Below are positions 43,631-55,654 of a stretch of DNA of 64,000 nucleotides, in pieces. The stretch lies in NCBI RefSeq assembly GCF_041886205.1, contig NZ_CP169029.1; one strand, 5' to 3'. Each line of letters begins with the position of its first letter. The first letter of the stretch is position 1. A model generated the notes under the pieces. It did no database searches. It saw nothing but the letters and a program-made list of their open reading frames with translations, and was not told where the DNA came from. The translations under genes were made by a program, and so were the position numbers. The DNA is from Escherichia coli (lineage in GTDB: Bacteria; Pseudomonadota; Gammaproteobacteria; Enterobacterales; Enterobacteriaceae).

Positions 43631-46600
43631 TTAATCAAACAGTGATTCAATATCGTTAATCAGCTCGCTGGCGGTGATGTCGTCGAGCACGGAGAAGGGA
43701 TAAACCGATTTGCGCGGCGTCAGTTTGCACAACTGAATGTGCTCAATTTTTTGGCTATCGCTGATTTCGGTGACGGGCAATCCAACGCAGAAGCCTGGTG
43801 TCACACTCAGTTCGACGTAGCCATCATCCACAGATTTATAAAATGAGTAATAGCCGCCACCATCCAGCACATCGCCCCGTTGCCAGCCTTTATTCATCAG
43901 CCCGGCGACGCGCCCACTCGCTGCCTGGCGACCAGCCCAGCGCTGCAAATCGCTGCTGCTTTTTTCTGTCTCAGAGAGCTGAGACCAGGGGCGATCAAGT
44001 TGACTGAATGGTGGCAATAGTTCGTAGTCAGAGAACAGTTGTGCAAATTCAGCAGCCTGCGGGGCCGGGATTTCCAGTACATGCGGGATACCGATACTGC
44101 CCTGCGCAAGGGTTAACGGGTTATCCTGACCGTCGCTAAAACTGCCATCCTCCGCCACGCGGAAACAGGAAATAAGCTGATTATCAGCGTCATAAATGCC
44201 CCACATCAGACGTTGGGTGATATGACGAACCAGGGGATGCTCAACCAGAAACAGGCGGAACTGTTCTGCAGTCCAGCGGCGACGCTGACACATGGCGGCT
44301 TCCAGACGCGAAATCTGTTGTGCAGCTACCGTGCGGACATCTTTTTTCAACAACTTGTAGCGATTTACCGCTTCCTCAGCCAGCGTTTCATCATCGCTTT
44401 TGTTCGGTTTGGGCAGATCTTTCAGACGGTTGCCGGAAGCTTCGCGCACAAACGGTTTTAAGGATTCATCAAAGCTGACGGTGAACAGGCGTGGGCCGAA
44501 ATCCAGCAGTAGTGAGCCGTTATCATCCAGACCGAGATCGGGGGCTAACCGGTCTTCCATCTCTGCGACGGTGAGCTGGCGGCTTTCGGCAATCTGGGCG
44601 ATTTTAGTTCTAGCCTGATCCTGCAAGGCTTTAAATTTTAGCTTTTGCGCAATACCGTTAAGTTGCATCAGGGCGATATCGCTGCCGATAGCAGCAAGAA
44701 TATCCAGCCCGACAGTGGCGCGTTTATGCTGAGATTCCCCCGGCCATGCGCGGATGAGCGGGGTGAGTTTGCGGGCGGTGTCATCGTTACCCAGAATCCC
44801 CAGTGCGGTAAATGCCCAGTTATCTTTGGCTGACCCGCTTGCAATCTCCCAGCTCAAGAAGAGATCCCAGGCGAAATCGGCAAGAGACTGCGGGGTACAG
44901 GCCTCGATTACCTGTGTTATCCCCGGGTAAAGGGTGGCTTCGCGGGGAAAAGAGAGCATGGTGCACAGTTGCAGGATAGCTGAATCCGGAAGTGCCTTGC
45001 CGTTACTGCGCAGAAGCGGGCGGTGCCATACTTCAGGGGTACACCAGGCGGGGAGTTTAGCGATTTTCTGCGGAAAATTATCGAGGGGGTCGCTGTTAAG
45101 AACATCTAACAAACCCGTAAGCACTTCTGCCTGATTATAGCGGTGGGCAATTTCTTCCATTAACGGCTGATGCCCATGATGAGCCAGATAGCGAATTGCC
45201 GTAGCGGCGTCTTCACGCTCACTACCTGCTTTTCCCAGCACGGAAGGCAGCAGGCCCGTAATGGCATGTTCCGGATAGGTTAACAACCAACGTTCAGCAA
45301 CATCACGTACAGATTTAAGCTGACGAAAGGCGCGAGCCATTAAGGGGGCTACTTCGGTTGCGCCAAAACGTGCCGCTAAAGGAATGGCTTCCTGAGGTAC
45401 GACTAAGGCGCGACGCAGCAAGCCGGGCAATGTCGGAAGACCGTAATATTCCACTACTTCACATGCGTTAATCAGATGTAGGTGAGTCAGTGCGTTCCAT
45501 ATTTTCAGTGCTTTATTTTCTGATAACTGAAGCAATACCGACACATTGACAAGGATATGACTTGCCCACCGAGGTTTATCCCAGATCTTTAATAAAGCTT
45601 CGTAATTGTCCTGCTCGAAAAAATCAATGGCAGCCTGAGGTATACCCCAACCAAGCTCTTCGCAATGGAAGTTCAACAAATCCAGGATATCTTTCGCTGA
45701 TGGGGATGGCGCAGATGGCTCAGTCAGATTTTTTGTTGCGGGGATAGATTCAGGGGGGGAAGAGGTAATACCCGGAGAGTGAGGTTGATACCAGCAATCT
45801 TTTTCTTTTTTTCCAACCATGAAGGGGCGATCAATATACTGGGTAATTCATTCTTATGAGCAATTTTTTCGATGGACATAAGCTGAGGAAAATAACTAAA
45901 TAAAATTTGTTGCTGTTTTTCGTCAAGCCAGGGAAGCGTTTTATGTAAGGCTTGCGCATTACCCAAGATGATGCGCTGCAGTAAACGATAATAGTGAGAG
46001 TTATTTGTGTAATTTAAGGCTTTTGTTAATGCATAAAGTGCAGCTTCAGGATGTAAATTTGTTGCGTGTTCCACTTCACTGATACATTCTTCTTTTATTA
46101 ATATATTAATGGCGTCAGGATGATTAACTTGTGTAATTAGATTTTTAACTGAATAACTATCCTTTATCCATGGCTGAAGAAGTGGAAGAGCTTTTACCCC
46201 TCGTTCACGCAGTAATGTCGCAGTGCATTTTTCCGCCGTCTGCCAGTCGTTATAGCGCTTAAGTTGGTTAAGATTCATCAATTCATTGAGTGCCTGCGGA
46301 TCTGTGGCAACGATATCCAACCATTCCATTTCTGGGTAATTAGCACATTGCACTAAGTCAAAGACAATTTGATTAGCAATTTCAGGTTGTTCAGGCAAAA
46401 GAAAACCTATTAAAGGGCGTTTACGTGGAGACAGGGAAGGCAACGCTTGAGTAAGCTTTTTCATGCACCGTTGCCATGTTTTTTCATCAATACGCGAGAG
46501 ATGATTTCGCAAGTGAAAATCTACAGTGCTGAAGCCGAATTCAAAACGTTGTTCTGATATTGTGTTACTTAGAATAAGCGTTGGTACGCAATTTTTTGTA

Positions 46601-47370
46601 AAAAAATTGTATCCCATGCGAACATACAAAAGGCATTTATCTAAAGCTTCACAATTTCCCGGATCTTGATTTTGATCATCTGATATCTGAATTTGCTGTA
46701 ATAGCAAGACTAATTCGGTCGCGTATTCTACCCCATGCTGTTGCGCCAGATAATCAAAAAGATCATTAGCGCTATCGCTATCTTGCATAAGAAACTTGAC
46801 CAGCAAAAAGAATGCATTGGAGAAAATCGAACCGTCTATATTTTTCTGCTGAACGCGCATGATTGCTTCATCCCGGCCTCGTTGCCATTCCGGGCGGCAG
46901 TCACTCACATCAAAATGCTGTAATTGTGCAAGAAAATAGTATTCCTCATATTTGTTTTCCCATAAGAGTGACCATAACGAGATATCTTTAGCAAACGTCC
47001 TGACACTGTCGGCTGGGAATTTCCTACTGCTAAATACTCTCTTTGTTTCGAGAATGATTGGTTCAAGGTCCGCAATCCACGGTGGTGTGTCGACATCAGT
47101 AATAATTGGATGTTGTTCGCTATCATCAGCTGTGGTGGGAACAGTTATCAGCATGTTTATATCGTCAGTCGATTTTACATACCCCTTCTTCACCTTCTCC
47201 GCAATCAACTTCAGCTCCGCTTTTTCCGCCGTTGCAGCATCCGCAAAACTTTTTACCTGGCTTTGCCCTTGGGTGCCAACTTTTCCCCAACTGATATGCA
47301 ACTCGTTTCCCTGTTGCTCCACCGCCCAGAATTTATGTGATTTTTCGTCCTGATAGATAAAGCGTCTCAT
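43631..47370 (-). pseudogene. molR: second MolR-family paralogue split by a frameshift near 45727-45745 (WGR-containing 548-aa N-terminal ORF plus 729-aa C-terminal ORF)
   Basis: ORFs 45724..47370 and 43631..45820 overlap by 97 nt in different frames; joined they parallel the intact paralogue along its whole length; N-terminus MRRFIYQDEKSHKFWAVEQQGNELHISWGKVGTQGQSQVKSF. Confidence 0.7.
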
Positions 47371-47470
47371 TCTGCATCCCTGTAATTTTATCCAGTTGAA
47401 TGCAGATGCTACCAGTATTTATGCGGGTTAGAGAGAGACAAAATCGCAAGAAAACAACTTTAGGAATTTA

Positions 47471-47501
47471 TAAAGAAAAGGCGCTGTCGATGCAGCGCCT
47501 T
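47471..47501 (-). terminator. metG intrinsic terminator
   Basis: Reverse strand reads aaggcgctg-catcga-cagcgcctt followed by ttctttat, just after metG stop. Confidence 0.6.
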
Positions 47502-47510
47502 GAAGGGGGA

Positions 47511-49544
47511 TTATTTCACCTGATGACCCGGTTTAGCACCGGCATCCGGGCTTAGCAGGAAGATATCTTTCCCGCCAGGACCAGCAGCCATTACCATGCC
47601 TTCGGAGATACCAAAGCGCATTTTACGCGGCGCCAGGTTAGCCACCATAATGGTGTGACGACCAATCAGAGCCTGCGGATCCGGGTAAGCAGAACGAATG
47701 CCGGAGAAAACATTACGTTTTTCACCGCCGAGATCCAGTGTCAGTCGCAGCAGTTTGTCAGAACCTTCAACAAACTCTGCATTTTCAATCAGCGCCACGC
47801 GCAGGTCAACTTTAGCGAAGTCGTCAAAGGTGATGGTTTCCTGAATCGGATCGTCTGCCAGCGGGCCAGTAACTGTCGCGGCAGCTGCTTTCACTTCTTC
47901 TTTAGAGGCTTCCACCAGTGCTTCAACCTGCTTCATATCGATGCGGTTATACAGCGCCTTGAACGGATTCACTTTGTGGCCCAGCAGCGGTTGCTGGATA
48001 CCATCCCAGGTCAGTTCCGTATTGAGGAATGCTTCTGCACGCTCGGTCAGTTTCGGCAGTACCGGCTTCAGGTAAGTCATCAGCACGCGGAACAGGTTTA
48101 TGCCCATTGAGCAAATTGCCTGCAGGTCGGCATCGCGGCCTTCCTGTTTCGCCACAACCCACGGAGCCTGTTCATCGACATAGCGGTTAGCCAGATCAGC
48201 CAGCGCCATGATTTCGCGCACGGCTTTACCAAATTCGCGGCTTTCCCACGCTTCACCAATCACTTCAGCGGCATCAGTGAAGGTTTTGTACAACTGCGGG
48301 TCAGCCAGTTCGCTTGCCAGCACACCGTCAAAACGCTTGTTGATAAAGCCCGCATTACGAGAGGCCAGGTTAACCACTTTGTTAACGATATCGGCATTCA
48401 CGCGCTGAACGAAATCTTCCAGGTTGAGATCGATATCATCAATGCGCGAAGAGAGTTTCGCAGTGTAGTAGTAACGCAGGCTGTCAGCGTCAAAATGATT
48501 CAGCCAGGTGCTGGCTTTAATAAAGGTACCGCGAGACTTAGACATCTTCGCGCCGTTCACCGTCACATAGCCATGAACAAACAGGTTGGTCGGCTTGCGG
48601 AAGTTGCTGCCTTCCAGCATTGCTGGCCAGAACAGACTGTGGAAGTAAACAATATCTTTACCGATGAAGTGGTACAGCTCGGCGGTGGAGTCTTTCTTCC
48701 AGTATTCATCGAAGCTTACGCTGTCGCCGCGCTTGTCGCACAGATTCTTGAAAGAACCCATATAGCCAATCGGCGCATCTAGCCAGACGTAGAAATATTT
48801 ACCCGGCGCGTTCGGAATTTCAAAACCGAAGTACGGCGCGTCGCGGGAGATATCCCACTGTTGCAGGCCGGATTCAAACCACTCCTGCATTTTATTTGCC
48901 ACCTGCTCCTGCAACGCACCGCTGCGGGTCCATGCCTGCAACATTTCGCTGAAAGAGGGCAGATCAAAGAAGAAGTGTTCAGAATCACGCATTACCGGCG
49001 TAGCGCCAGAAACCACCGATTTCGGCTCGATCAATTCAGTCGGGCTGTAGGTCGCGCCGCAAACTTCGCAGTTATCGCCGTATTGATCCGGGGATTTACA
49101 TTTCGGGCAGGTGCCTTTCACAAAACGGTCCGGCAGGAACATGCCTTTTTCCGGATCGTACAGCTGAGAGATGGTGCGGTTTTTAATAAAACCGTTTTCT
49201 TTCAAGCGAGTATAGATAAGCTCAGACAACTGGCGGTTCTCTTCGCTGTGCGTCGAGTGATAGTTGTCATAGCTGATGTTAAAGCCTGCGAAATCAGTCT
49301 GATGCTCCTGACTCATTTCGCCAATCATCTGCTCCGGGGTGATACCAAGCTGCTGAGCTTTCAGCATGATTGGCGTACCGTGGGCATCGTCGGCGCAGAT
49401 GAAGTTGACCTCGTGGCCGCGCATTCGCTGGTAACGGACCCAGACATCAGCCTGGATGTGCTCCAGCATATGGCCGAGGTGGATTGAGCCGTTAGCGTAC
49501 GGCAGTGCGCACGTCACCAGAATTTTCTTCGCGACTTGAGTCAT
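47511..49544 (-). CDS. metG: methionyl-tRNA synthetase, 677 aa
   Basis: HIGH motif (NGSIHLGH), KMSKS motif, zinc knuckle CPKC..CEVC; start set at [11 protein letters not shown]. Confidence 0.93.
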   Translation of the reverse strand: MTQVAKKILVTCALPYANGSIHLGHMLEHIQADVWVRYQRMRGHEVNFICADDAHGTPIMLKAQQLGITPEQMIGEMSQEHQTDFAGFNISYDNYHSTHSEENRQLSELIYTRLKENGFIKNRTISQLYDPEKGMFLPDRFVKGTCPKCKSPDQYGDNCEVCGATYSPTELIEPKSVVSGATPVMRDSEHFFFDLPSFSEMLQAWTRSGALQEQVANKMQEWFESGLQQWDISRDAPYFGFEIPNAPGKYFYVWLDAPIGYMGSFKNLCDKRGDSVSFDEYWKKDSTAELYHFIGKDIVYFHSLFWPAMLEGSNFRKPTNLFVHGYVTVNGAKMSKSRGTFIKASTWLNHFDADSLRYYYTAKLSSRIDDIDLNLEDFVQRVNADIVNKVVNLASRNAGFINKRFDGVLASELADPQLYKTFTDAAEVIGEAWESREFGKAVREIMALADLANRYVDEQAPWVVAKQEGRDADLQAICSMGINLFRVLMTYLKPVLPKLTERAEAFLNTELTWDGIQQPLLGHKVNPFKALYNRIDMKQVEALVEASKEEVKAAAATVTGPLADDPIQETITFDDFAKVDLRVALIENAEFVEGSDKLLRLTLDLGGEKRNVFSGIRSAYPDPQALIGRHTIMVANLAPRKMRFGISEGMVMAAGPGGKDIFLLSPDAGAKPGHQVK

Positions 49545-49675
49545 AGTAGGCATTACTTCTTAATAGTGAAAAGGGGTTAGATAGTACCAAATGGGAAAAT
49601 GTTAAGTAAGTACTTCTCTATATTCTTCAGGTAAACTATCAGCTGATGGTTTATCTATACAAAAAAGGAGTCGGG

Positions 49676-50785
49676 ATGAACGAACAATCCCAGGCCAAAT
49701 CACCAGAAGCCTTGCGCGCAATGGTCGCCGGGACACTGGCCAATTTTCAGCACCCAACCCTGAAGCATAACCTCACCACGCTGAAAGCGTTGCACCATGT
49801 CGCCTGGATGGACGACACGTTGCATGTGGAACTGGTTATGCCATTCGTCTGGCATAGCGCGTTTGAAGAGTTAAAAGAGCAATGTAGCGCCGAACTGCTG
49901 CGTATCACCGGGGCGAAAGCTATCGACTGGAAACTGTCGCACAATATCGCCACCTTAAAACGCGTGAAGAATCAGCCGGGTATTAATGGCGTGAAGAACA
50001 TCATTGCGGTCAGTTCCGGTAAAGGCGGCGTGGGTAAATCCTCCACGGCGGTAAACCTGGCGCTGGCACTGGCGGCGGAAGGGGCGAAAGTCGGCATTCT
50101 GGACGCCGATATCTACGGCCCATCAATTCCCACCATGCTGGGCGCAGAAAATCAGCGTCCAACTTCGCCGGACGGTACCCATATGGCACCGATTATGTCT
50201 CATGGCCTGGCAACCAATTCAATTGGTTATCTGGTCACTGACGACAATGCGATGGTGTGGCGTGGACCGATGGCGAGCAAGGCGTTAATGCAGATGTTGC
50301 AGGAAACCTTGTGGCCGGATCTGGACTATCTGGTACTCGACATGCCGCCAGGAACCGGTGACATTCAGCTGACGCTGGCGCAGAACATTCCGGTGACTGG
50401 TGCGGTAGTGGTCACCACCCCGCAGGACATCGCGCTGATCGATGCGAAAAAAGGCATTGTGATGTTCGAGAAAGTCGAAGTTCCGGTGCTCGGTATTGTC
50501 GAGAACATGAGTGTGCATATTTGCAGTAACTGTGGTCACCATGAACCGATTTTCGGTACCGGTGGTGCAGAGAAACTGGCTGAAAAATACCACACACAGC
50601 TGCTGGGGCAGATGCCGTTACACATCTCCTTACGTGAGGATCTCGATAAAGGCACGCCAACGGTTATCAGCCGTCCGGAGAGCGAATTTACCGCTATCTA
50701 TCGCCAGCTGGCTGACCGCGTTGCAGCTCAGCTCTACTGGCAGGGTGAAGTCATTCCCGGCGAGATTTCCTTCCGCGCGGTCTAA
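49676..50785 (+). CDS. apbC: Fe-S cluster carrier ATPase ApbC (Mrp), 369 aa
   Basis: Deviant Walker A SGKGGVGKSS and C-terminal CSNCGH motif; start set at MNEQSQAKSP. Confidence 0.9.
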   Translation: MNEQSQAKSPEALRAMVAGTLANFQHPTLKHNLTTLKALHHVAWMDDTLHVELVMPFVWHSAFEELKEQCSAELLRITGAKAIDWKLSHNIATLKRVKNQPGINGVKNIIAVSSGKGGVGKSSTAVNLALALAAEGAKVGILDADIYGPSIPTMLGAENQRPTSPDGTHMAPIMSHGLATNSIGYLVTDDNAMVWRGPMASKALMQMLQETLWPDLDYLVLDMPPGTGDIQLTLAQNIPVTGAVVVTTPQDIALIDAKKGIVMFEKVEVPVLGIVENMSVHICSNCGHHEPIFGTGGAEKLAEKYHTQLLGQMPLHISLREDLDKGTPTVISRPESEFTAIYRQLADRVAAQLYWQGEVIPGEISFRAV

Positions 50786-50814
50786 CGCCTATTAACCATT
50801 CTGGTTATTTTTCA

Positions 50815-50856
50815 TACACCGCAGAGATGTTACATTGATGCGGTGTATTTGTTTTT
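50815..50856 (+). terminator. apbC intrinsic terminator
   Basis: Hairpin tacaccgca ... tgcggtgta followed by tttgttttt. Confidence 0.55.
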
Positions 50857-51047
50857 GCCGCATTAATGAACACTTATTTAATACTGCGAATATTCTGCGG
50901 ACCTTCGTCCGAAACTCTACAAAGTCGATTGATCGTACAGGCAATGCTTCATTATCATCCTTCGTGGCTGTGTAGTGGATGTACAGCTATAGTTTGTTAT
51001 GCACTCATTCTATCCAGGCATAACCTTTACTACAGGGATAACGTTCA

Positions 51048-51329
51048 ATGAATAAGTATTGGCTGTCAGGAATTATTTTTCTTGCCTATGGATTGGCTTC
51101 TCCCGCATTCTCTTCACAGACTGCCACATTATCGATTAATGGCAGGATCAGTCCCCTAACATGCAGTATGACTATGGTTAATAGTCAACCTCAACAGCAT
51201 TGTGGTCAGTTAACGTATAATGTCGATACCCGTCATCAGGTTTCTTCGCCCGTCAAAGGTGTAAAGACAGAAGTGGTTGTTGCAGGTAGTGATAGCAAAC
51301 GTCGAATCGTGTTAAATCGATACGATTAA
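51048..51329 (+). CDS. yehE: DUF2574 protein YehE, 93 aa
   Basis: 93-aa ORF with signal peptide; position upstream of the yeh fimbrial genes. Confidence 0.7.
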   Translation: MNKYWLSGIIFLAYGLASPAFSSQTATLSINGRISPLTCSMTMVNSQPQQHCGQLTYNVDTRHQVSSPVKGVKTEVVVAGSDSKRRIVLNRYD

Positions 51330-51359
51330 TTTGGCAACCTGATTTTAATTGCATTTAGA

Positions 51360-51399
51360 AAGCCGAAATCATTTATATAAATGATTTCGGCTTTTTTTA
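51360..51399 (+). terminator. intrinsic terminator after yehE
   Basis: Long hairpin gccgaaatcattta/taaatgatttcggc followed by ttttttt. Confidence 0.55.
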
Positions 51400-51622
51400 T
51401 TGATATCAATAATACCATTTACATAAATCTACATTAATTAATAGATGCGATAAATATTTAATACTCTTAAGTATTTGTTGTATTTATATTGCATTGGTTA
51501 ATTTGTTTTAAATCAATAAAACAATATGTTTACATTGCGGCAACTTTTTTGATGTGAGAAATTTGTTTCCAAGAGATACAGACTCTTAACAACCAAAAAT
51601 AAATTTTATTAAGGAACATATT

Positions 51623-52165
51623 ATGAAACGTTCAATTATTGCTGCCGCTGTCTTTTCTTCTTTTTTTATGAGCGCTGGAGTATTTGCTGCAGACGTTGAT
51701 ACCGGAACATTAACCATTAAAGGAAATATTGCAGAATCTCCGTGTAAATTCGAAGCGGGTGGTGATTCAGTAAGTATTAATATGCCGACTGTACCAACCA
51801 CTGTCTTTGAAGGTAAAGCTAAATATTCTACCTATGATGATGCAGTCGGTGTAACCAGCAGCATGTTAAAAATTAGCTGCCCGAAAGAAGTTGCTGGTGT
51901 AAAACTCTCGTTGATTACCAACGATAAAATAACTGGTAACGATAAGGCGATAGCCAGTAGCAACGATACCGTGGGGTACTATCTCTATTTAGGTGATAAC
52001 AGCGATATCCTGGATATTTCTGCACCTTTTAACATTGAGAGTTATAAAACAGCGGAAGGTCAATATGCTATTCCGTTTAAAGCAAAATACCTGAAACTGA
52101 CAGATAACTCAGTGCAATCAGGTGATGTGTTATCTTCTCTGGTTATGCGTGTGGCGCAGGATTAA
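51623..52165 (+). CDS. yehD: fimbrial major subunit YehD, 180 aa
   Basis: Signal peptide and conserved fimbrial Cys pair; preceded by AT-rich promoter region. Confidence 0.88.
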   Translation: MKRSIIAAAVFSSFFMSAGVFAADVDTGTLTIKGNIAESPCKFEAGGDSVSINMPTVPTTVFEGKAKYSTYDDAVGVTSSMLKISCPKEVAGVKLSLITNDKITGNDKAIASSNDTVGYYLYLGDNSDILDISAPFNIESYKTAEGQYAIPFKAKYLKLTDNSVQSGDVLSSLVMRVAQD

Positions 52166-52246
52166 TAAATAAAAATTGCAAGTTTCTCCAGGTAATAAAC
52201 ATGGCCGCTATCCCCATGGCGGCTTTTTAATTTAAGAGGCATTAAG

Positions 52247-52921
52247 ATGAAAGGATTATTATCTTTACTCATTTTTTCTATGGTCCTTCCTGCGCATGCC
52301 GGAATTGTTATCTACGGGACGCGCATTATTTACCCGGCAGAAAATAAAGAAGTGATGGTGCAGTTGATGAACCAGGGAAACCGTTCTTCGCTGCTGCAGG
52401 CGTGGATTGATGATGGCGATACGTCGTTACCACCAGAAAAAATTCAGGTTCCTTTCATGTTAACGCCACCAGTGGCAAAAATAGGGGCAAATTCCGGGCA
52501 GCAAGTAAAAATCAAAATTATGCCGAATAAACTGCCCACTAATAAAGAAAGCATTTTTTATCTGAATGTTCTGGATATTCCACCAAATAGTCCAGAACAA
52601 GAAGGTAAGAATGCACTGAAGTTTGCGATGCAAAACAAAATCAAATTGTTTTACCGGCCGGCGGGTATTGCTCCGGTAAATAAAGCGACCTTTAAAAAGT
52701 TACTGGTAAATCGCAGTGGCAATGGATTGGTGATAAAAAATGACTCAGCTAATTGGGTGACGATTTCGGATGTCAAAGCTAATAATGTCAAAGTCAATTA
52801 TGAAACTATTATGATTGCCCCCTTAGAAAGTCAGAGTGTTAATGTCAGAAGTAATAATGCAAATAACTGGTATCTGACCATTATCGATGACCACGGTAAC
52901 TATATTAGTGACAAAATTTAA
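52247..52921 (+). CDS. yehC: periplasmic fimbrial chaperone YehC (PapD-like)
   Basis: PapD-family chaperone N-terminal pattern GTRIIYPAENKEVMVQLMNQG. Confidence 0.88.
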   Translation: MKGLLSLLIFSMVLPAHAGIVIYGTRIIYPAENKEVMVQLMNQGNRSSLLQAWIDDGDTSLPPEKIQVPFMLTPPVAKIGANSGQQVKIKIMPNKLPTNKESIFYLNVLDIPPNSPEQEGKNALKFAMQNKIKLFYRPAGIAPVNKATFKKLLVNRSGNGLVIKNDSANWVTISDVKANNVKVNYETIMIAPLESQSVNVRSNNANNWYLTIIDDHGNYISDKI

Positions 52922-54956
52922 TTGCAGGAGCTGCCTATGTTGAGAATGACCCCACTTGCATCAGCAATCGTAGCGTTATTGCTCGGCATTGAAGCTTATG
53001 CAGCTGAAGAAACCTTTGATACCCATTTTATGATAGGTGGAATGAAAGACCAGCAGGTTGCAAATATTCGTCTTGATGATAATCAACCCTTACCTGGGCA
53101 GTATGACATCGATATTTATGTCAATAAGCAATGGCGCGGGAAATATGAGATTATTGTTAAAGACAACCCGCAAGAAACATGTTTATCAAGAGAGGTTATC
53201 AAGCGGTTAGGCATTAATAGCGATAACTTCGCCAGCGGTAAGCAATGTTTAACATTTGAGCAACTTGTTCAGGGTGGGAGCTATACCTGGGATATCGGGG
53301 TTTTTCGTCTCGATTTCAGTGTCCCGCAGGCCTGGGTGGAAGAACTGGAAAGTGGCTATGTTCCACCGGAAAACTGGGAGCGGGGTATTAATGCGTTTTA
53401 TACCTCTTATTATCTGAGTCAGTATTACAGTGACTATAAAGCGTCGGGTAATAGTAAGAGTACATATGTACGTTTTAACAGCGGGTTAAATTTACTGGGG
53501 TGGCAACTGCATTCTGATGCCAGTTTCAGTAAAACAAATAACAATCCAGGGGTGTGGAAAAGTAATACCCTGTATCTGGAACGTGGATTTGCCCAACTTC
53601 TCGGCACGCTTCGCGTGGGTGATATGTACACATCAAGCGATATTTTTGATTCTGTTCGCTTCAGCGGTGTGCGGTTGTTTCGTGATATGCAGATGTTGCC
53701 TAACTCGAAACAAAATTTTACGCCACGGGTGCAGGGGATTGCTCAGAGTAACGCGCTGGTAACTATTGAACAGAACGGTTTTGTCGTTTATCAGAAAGAG
53801 GTTCCTCCTGGCCCGTTCGCGATTACAGATTTGCAGTTGGCCGGTGGTGGAGCAGATCTTGATGTCAGCGTGAAAGAGGCGGACGGCTCGGTAACCACCT
53901 ATCTGGTGCCTTATGCAGCGGTGCCAAATATGCTGCAACCCGGCGTGTCGAAATATGATTTTGCGGCGGGTCGTAGCCATATTGAAGGGGCGAGCAAACA
54001 AAGTGATTTTGTCCAGGCGGGTTATCAGTATGGTTTTAATAATTTATTGACGCTGTATGGTGGCTCGATGGTCGCGAATAATTATTACGCGTTTACTTTG
54101 GGGACTGGCTGGAATACACGCATTGGTGCCATTTCCGTCGATGCCACGAAGTCGCATAGTAAACAAGACAACGACGATGTGTTTGACGGGCAAAGTTATC
54201 AAATTGCCTACAACAAATTTGTGAGCCAAACGTCGACGCGTTTTGGTCTGGCGGCCTGGCGTTATTCATCGCGTGATTACCGGACATTTAATGATCACGT
54301 TTGGGCAAACAATAAAGATAATTATCGCCGTGATGAAAACGATGTCTATGACATTGCCGATTATTACCAGAACGATTTTGGCCGTAAAAATAGCTTCTCT
54401 GCCAATATGAGCCAGTCATTGCCAGAAGGCTGGGGGTCTGTGTCCTTAAGTACGTTATGGCGAGATTACTGGGGGCGTAGCGGCAGCAGTAAGGATTATC
54501 AGTTGAGTTATTCCAATAACTGGCGGCGGATAAGCTATATCCTCGCGGCAAGCCAGGCGTATGACGAGAATCATCATGAAGAGAAACGTTTTAATATTTT
54601 TATATCGATTCCCTTTGATTGGGGTGATGACGTTACGACGCCTCGTCGGCAAATATATATGTCTAACTCAACGACGTTTGATGATCAGGGGTTTGCCTCA
54701 AATAATACGGGATTATCAGGAACCGTTGGAAGCCGGGATCAGTTTAACTATGGGGTCAACCTGAGTTATCAGAATCAGGGAAATGAAACGACAGCTGGGG
54801 CGAATTTGACCTGGAACGCGCCGGTTGCGACAGTGAATGGCAGTTATAGTCAGTCGAGTACTTATCGACAGGCTGGAGCCAGTGTTTCAGGGGGCATTGT
54901 CGCCTGGTCGGGGGGCGTTAATCTGGCGAACCGTCTTTCCGGGTAATGACTCCAAC

Positions 54957-55460
54957 TTATTGATAGTGTTTTATGTTCAGATAATGCCCGATAACTTTGT
55001 CATGCAGCTCCACCGATTTTGAGAACGACAGTGACTTCCTGCCCAGCCTTGCCAGATGCTGCCTCAGATTCAGGTTATGCCGCTCAATGCGCTGCGTATA
55101 TCGCTTGCTGATAACGTGCAGTTCTCCCTTCAGGCGTGATTCATAAAGCGGCCAGCCATCCGTCATCCATACCACGACCTCAAAGGCCGACAGCAGGCCC
55201 AGAAGACGCTCCAGCGTCGCCATAGTGCGTTCACCGAATACGTGCGCAACAACCGTCTTCCGGAGCCTGTCATACGCGTAAAACAGCCAGCGCTGGCGCG
55301 ATTTAGCCCCGACATAGCCCCACTGTTCGTCCATTTCCGCGCAGACGATGACGTCACTGCCCGGCTGTATGCGCGAGGTTACCGACTGCGGCCTGAGTTT
55401 TTTAAGTGACGTAAAATCGTGTTGAGGCCAACGCCCATAATGCGGGCAGTTGCCCGGCAT
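54957..55460 (-). CDS. insB: IS1 transposase InsB, 167 aa
   Basis: 167-aa ORF with IS1 InsB sequence ([24 protein letters not shown]). Confidence 0.88.
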
Positions 55461-55654
55461 CCAACGCCATTCATGGCCATATCAATGATTTTCTGGTGCG
55501 TACCGGGTTGAGAAGCGGTGTAAGTGAACTGCAGTTGCCATGTTTTACGGCAGTGAGAGCAGAGATAGCGCTGATGTCCGGCGGTGCTTTTGCCGTTACG
55601 TACCACCCCGTCAGTAGCTGAACAGGAGGGACAGCTGATAGAAACAGAAGCCAC
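55379..55654 (-). CDS. insA: IS1 InsA, 91 aa
   Basis: 91-aa [43 protein letters not shown] with zinc-finger Cys pairs. Confidence 0.88.

Noticed and set aside
43631-45820. N-terminal extension (MVGKKEKDCWYQPHSPGITSSPPESIPA) of the 729-aa ORF as a separate gene start
   Set aside because: The extension overlaps the upstream 548-aa ORF and has no counterpart in the intact paralogue; it is an out-of-frame artefact of the frameshift
50866-51051. 61-aa ORF upstream of yehE
   Set aside because: No ribosome-binding site evident and no recognisable protein features; more likely the promoter region of yehE
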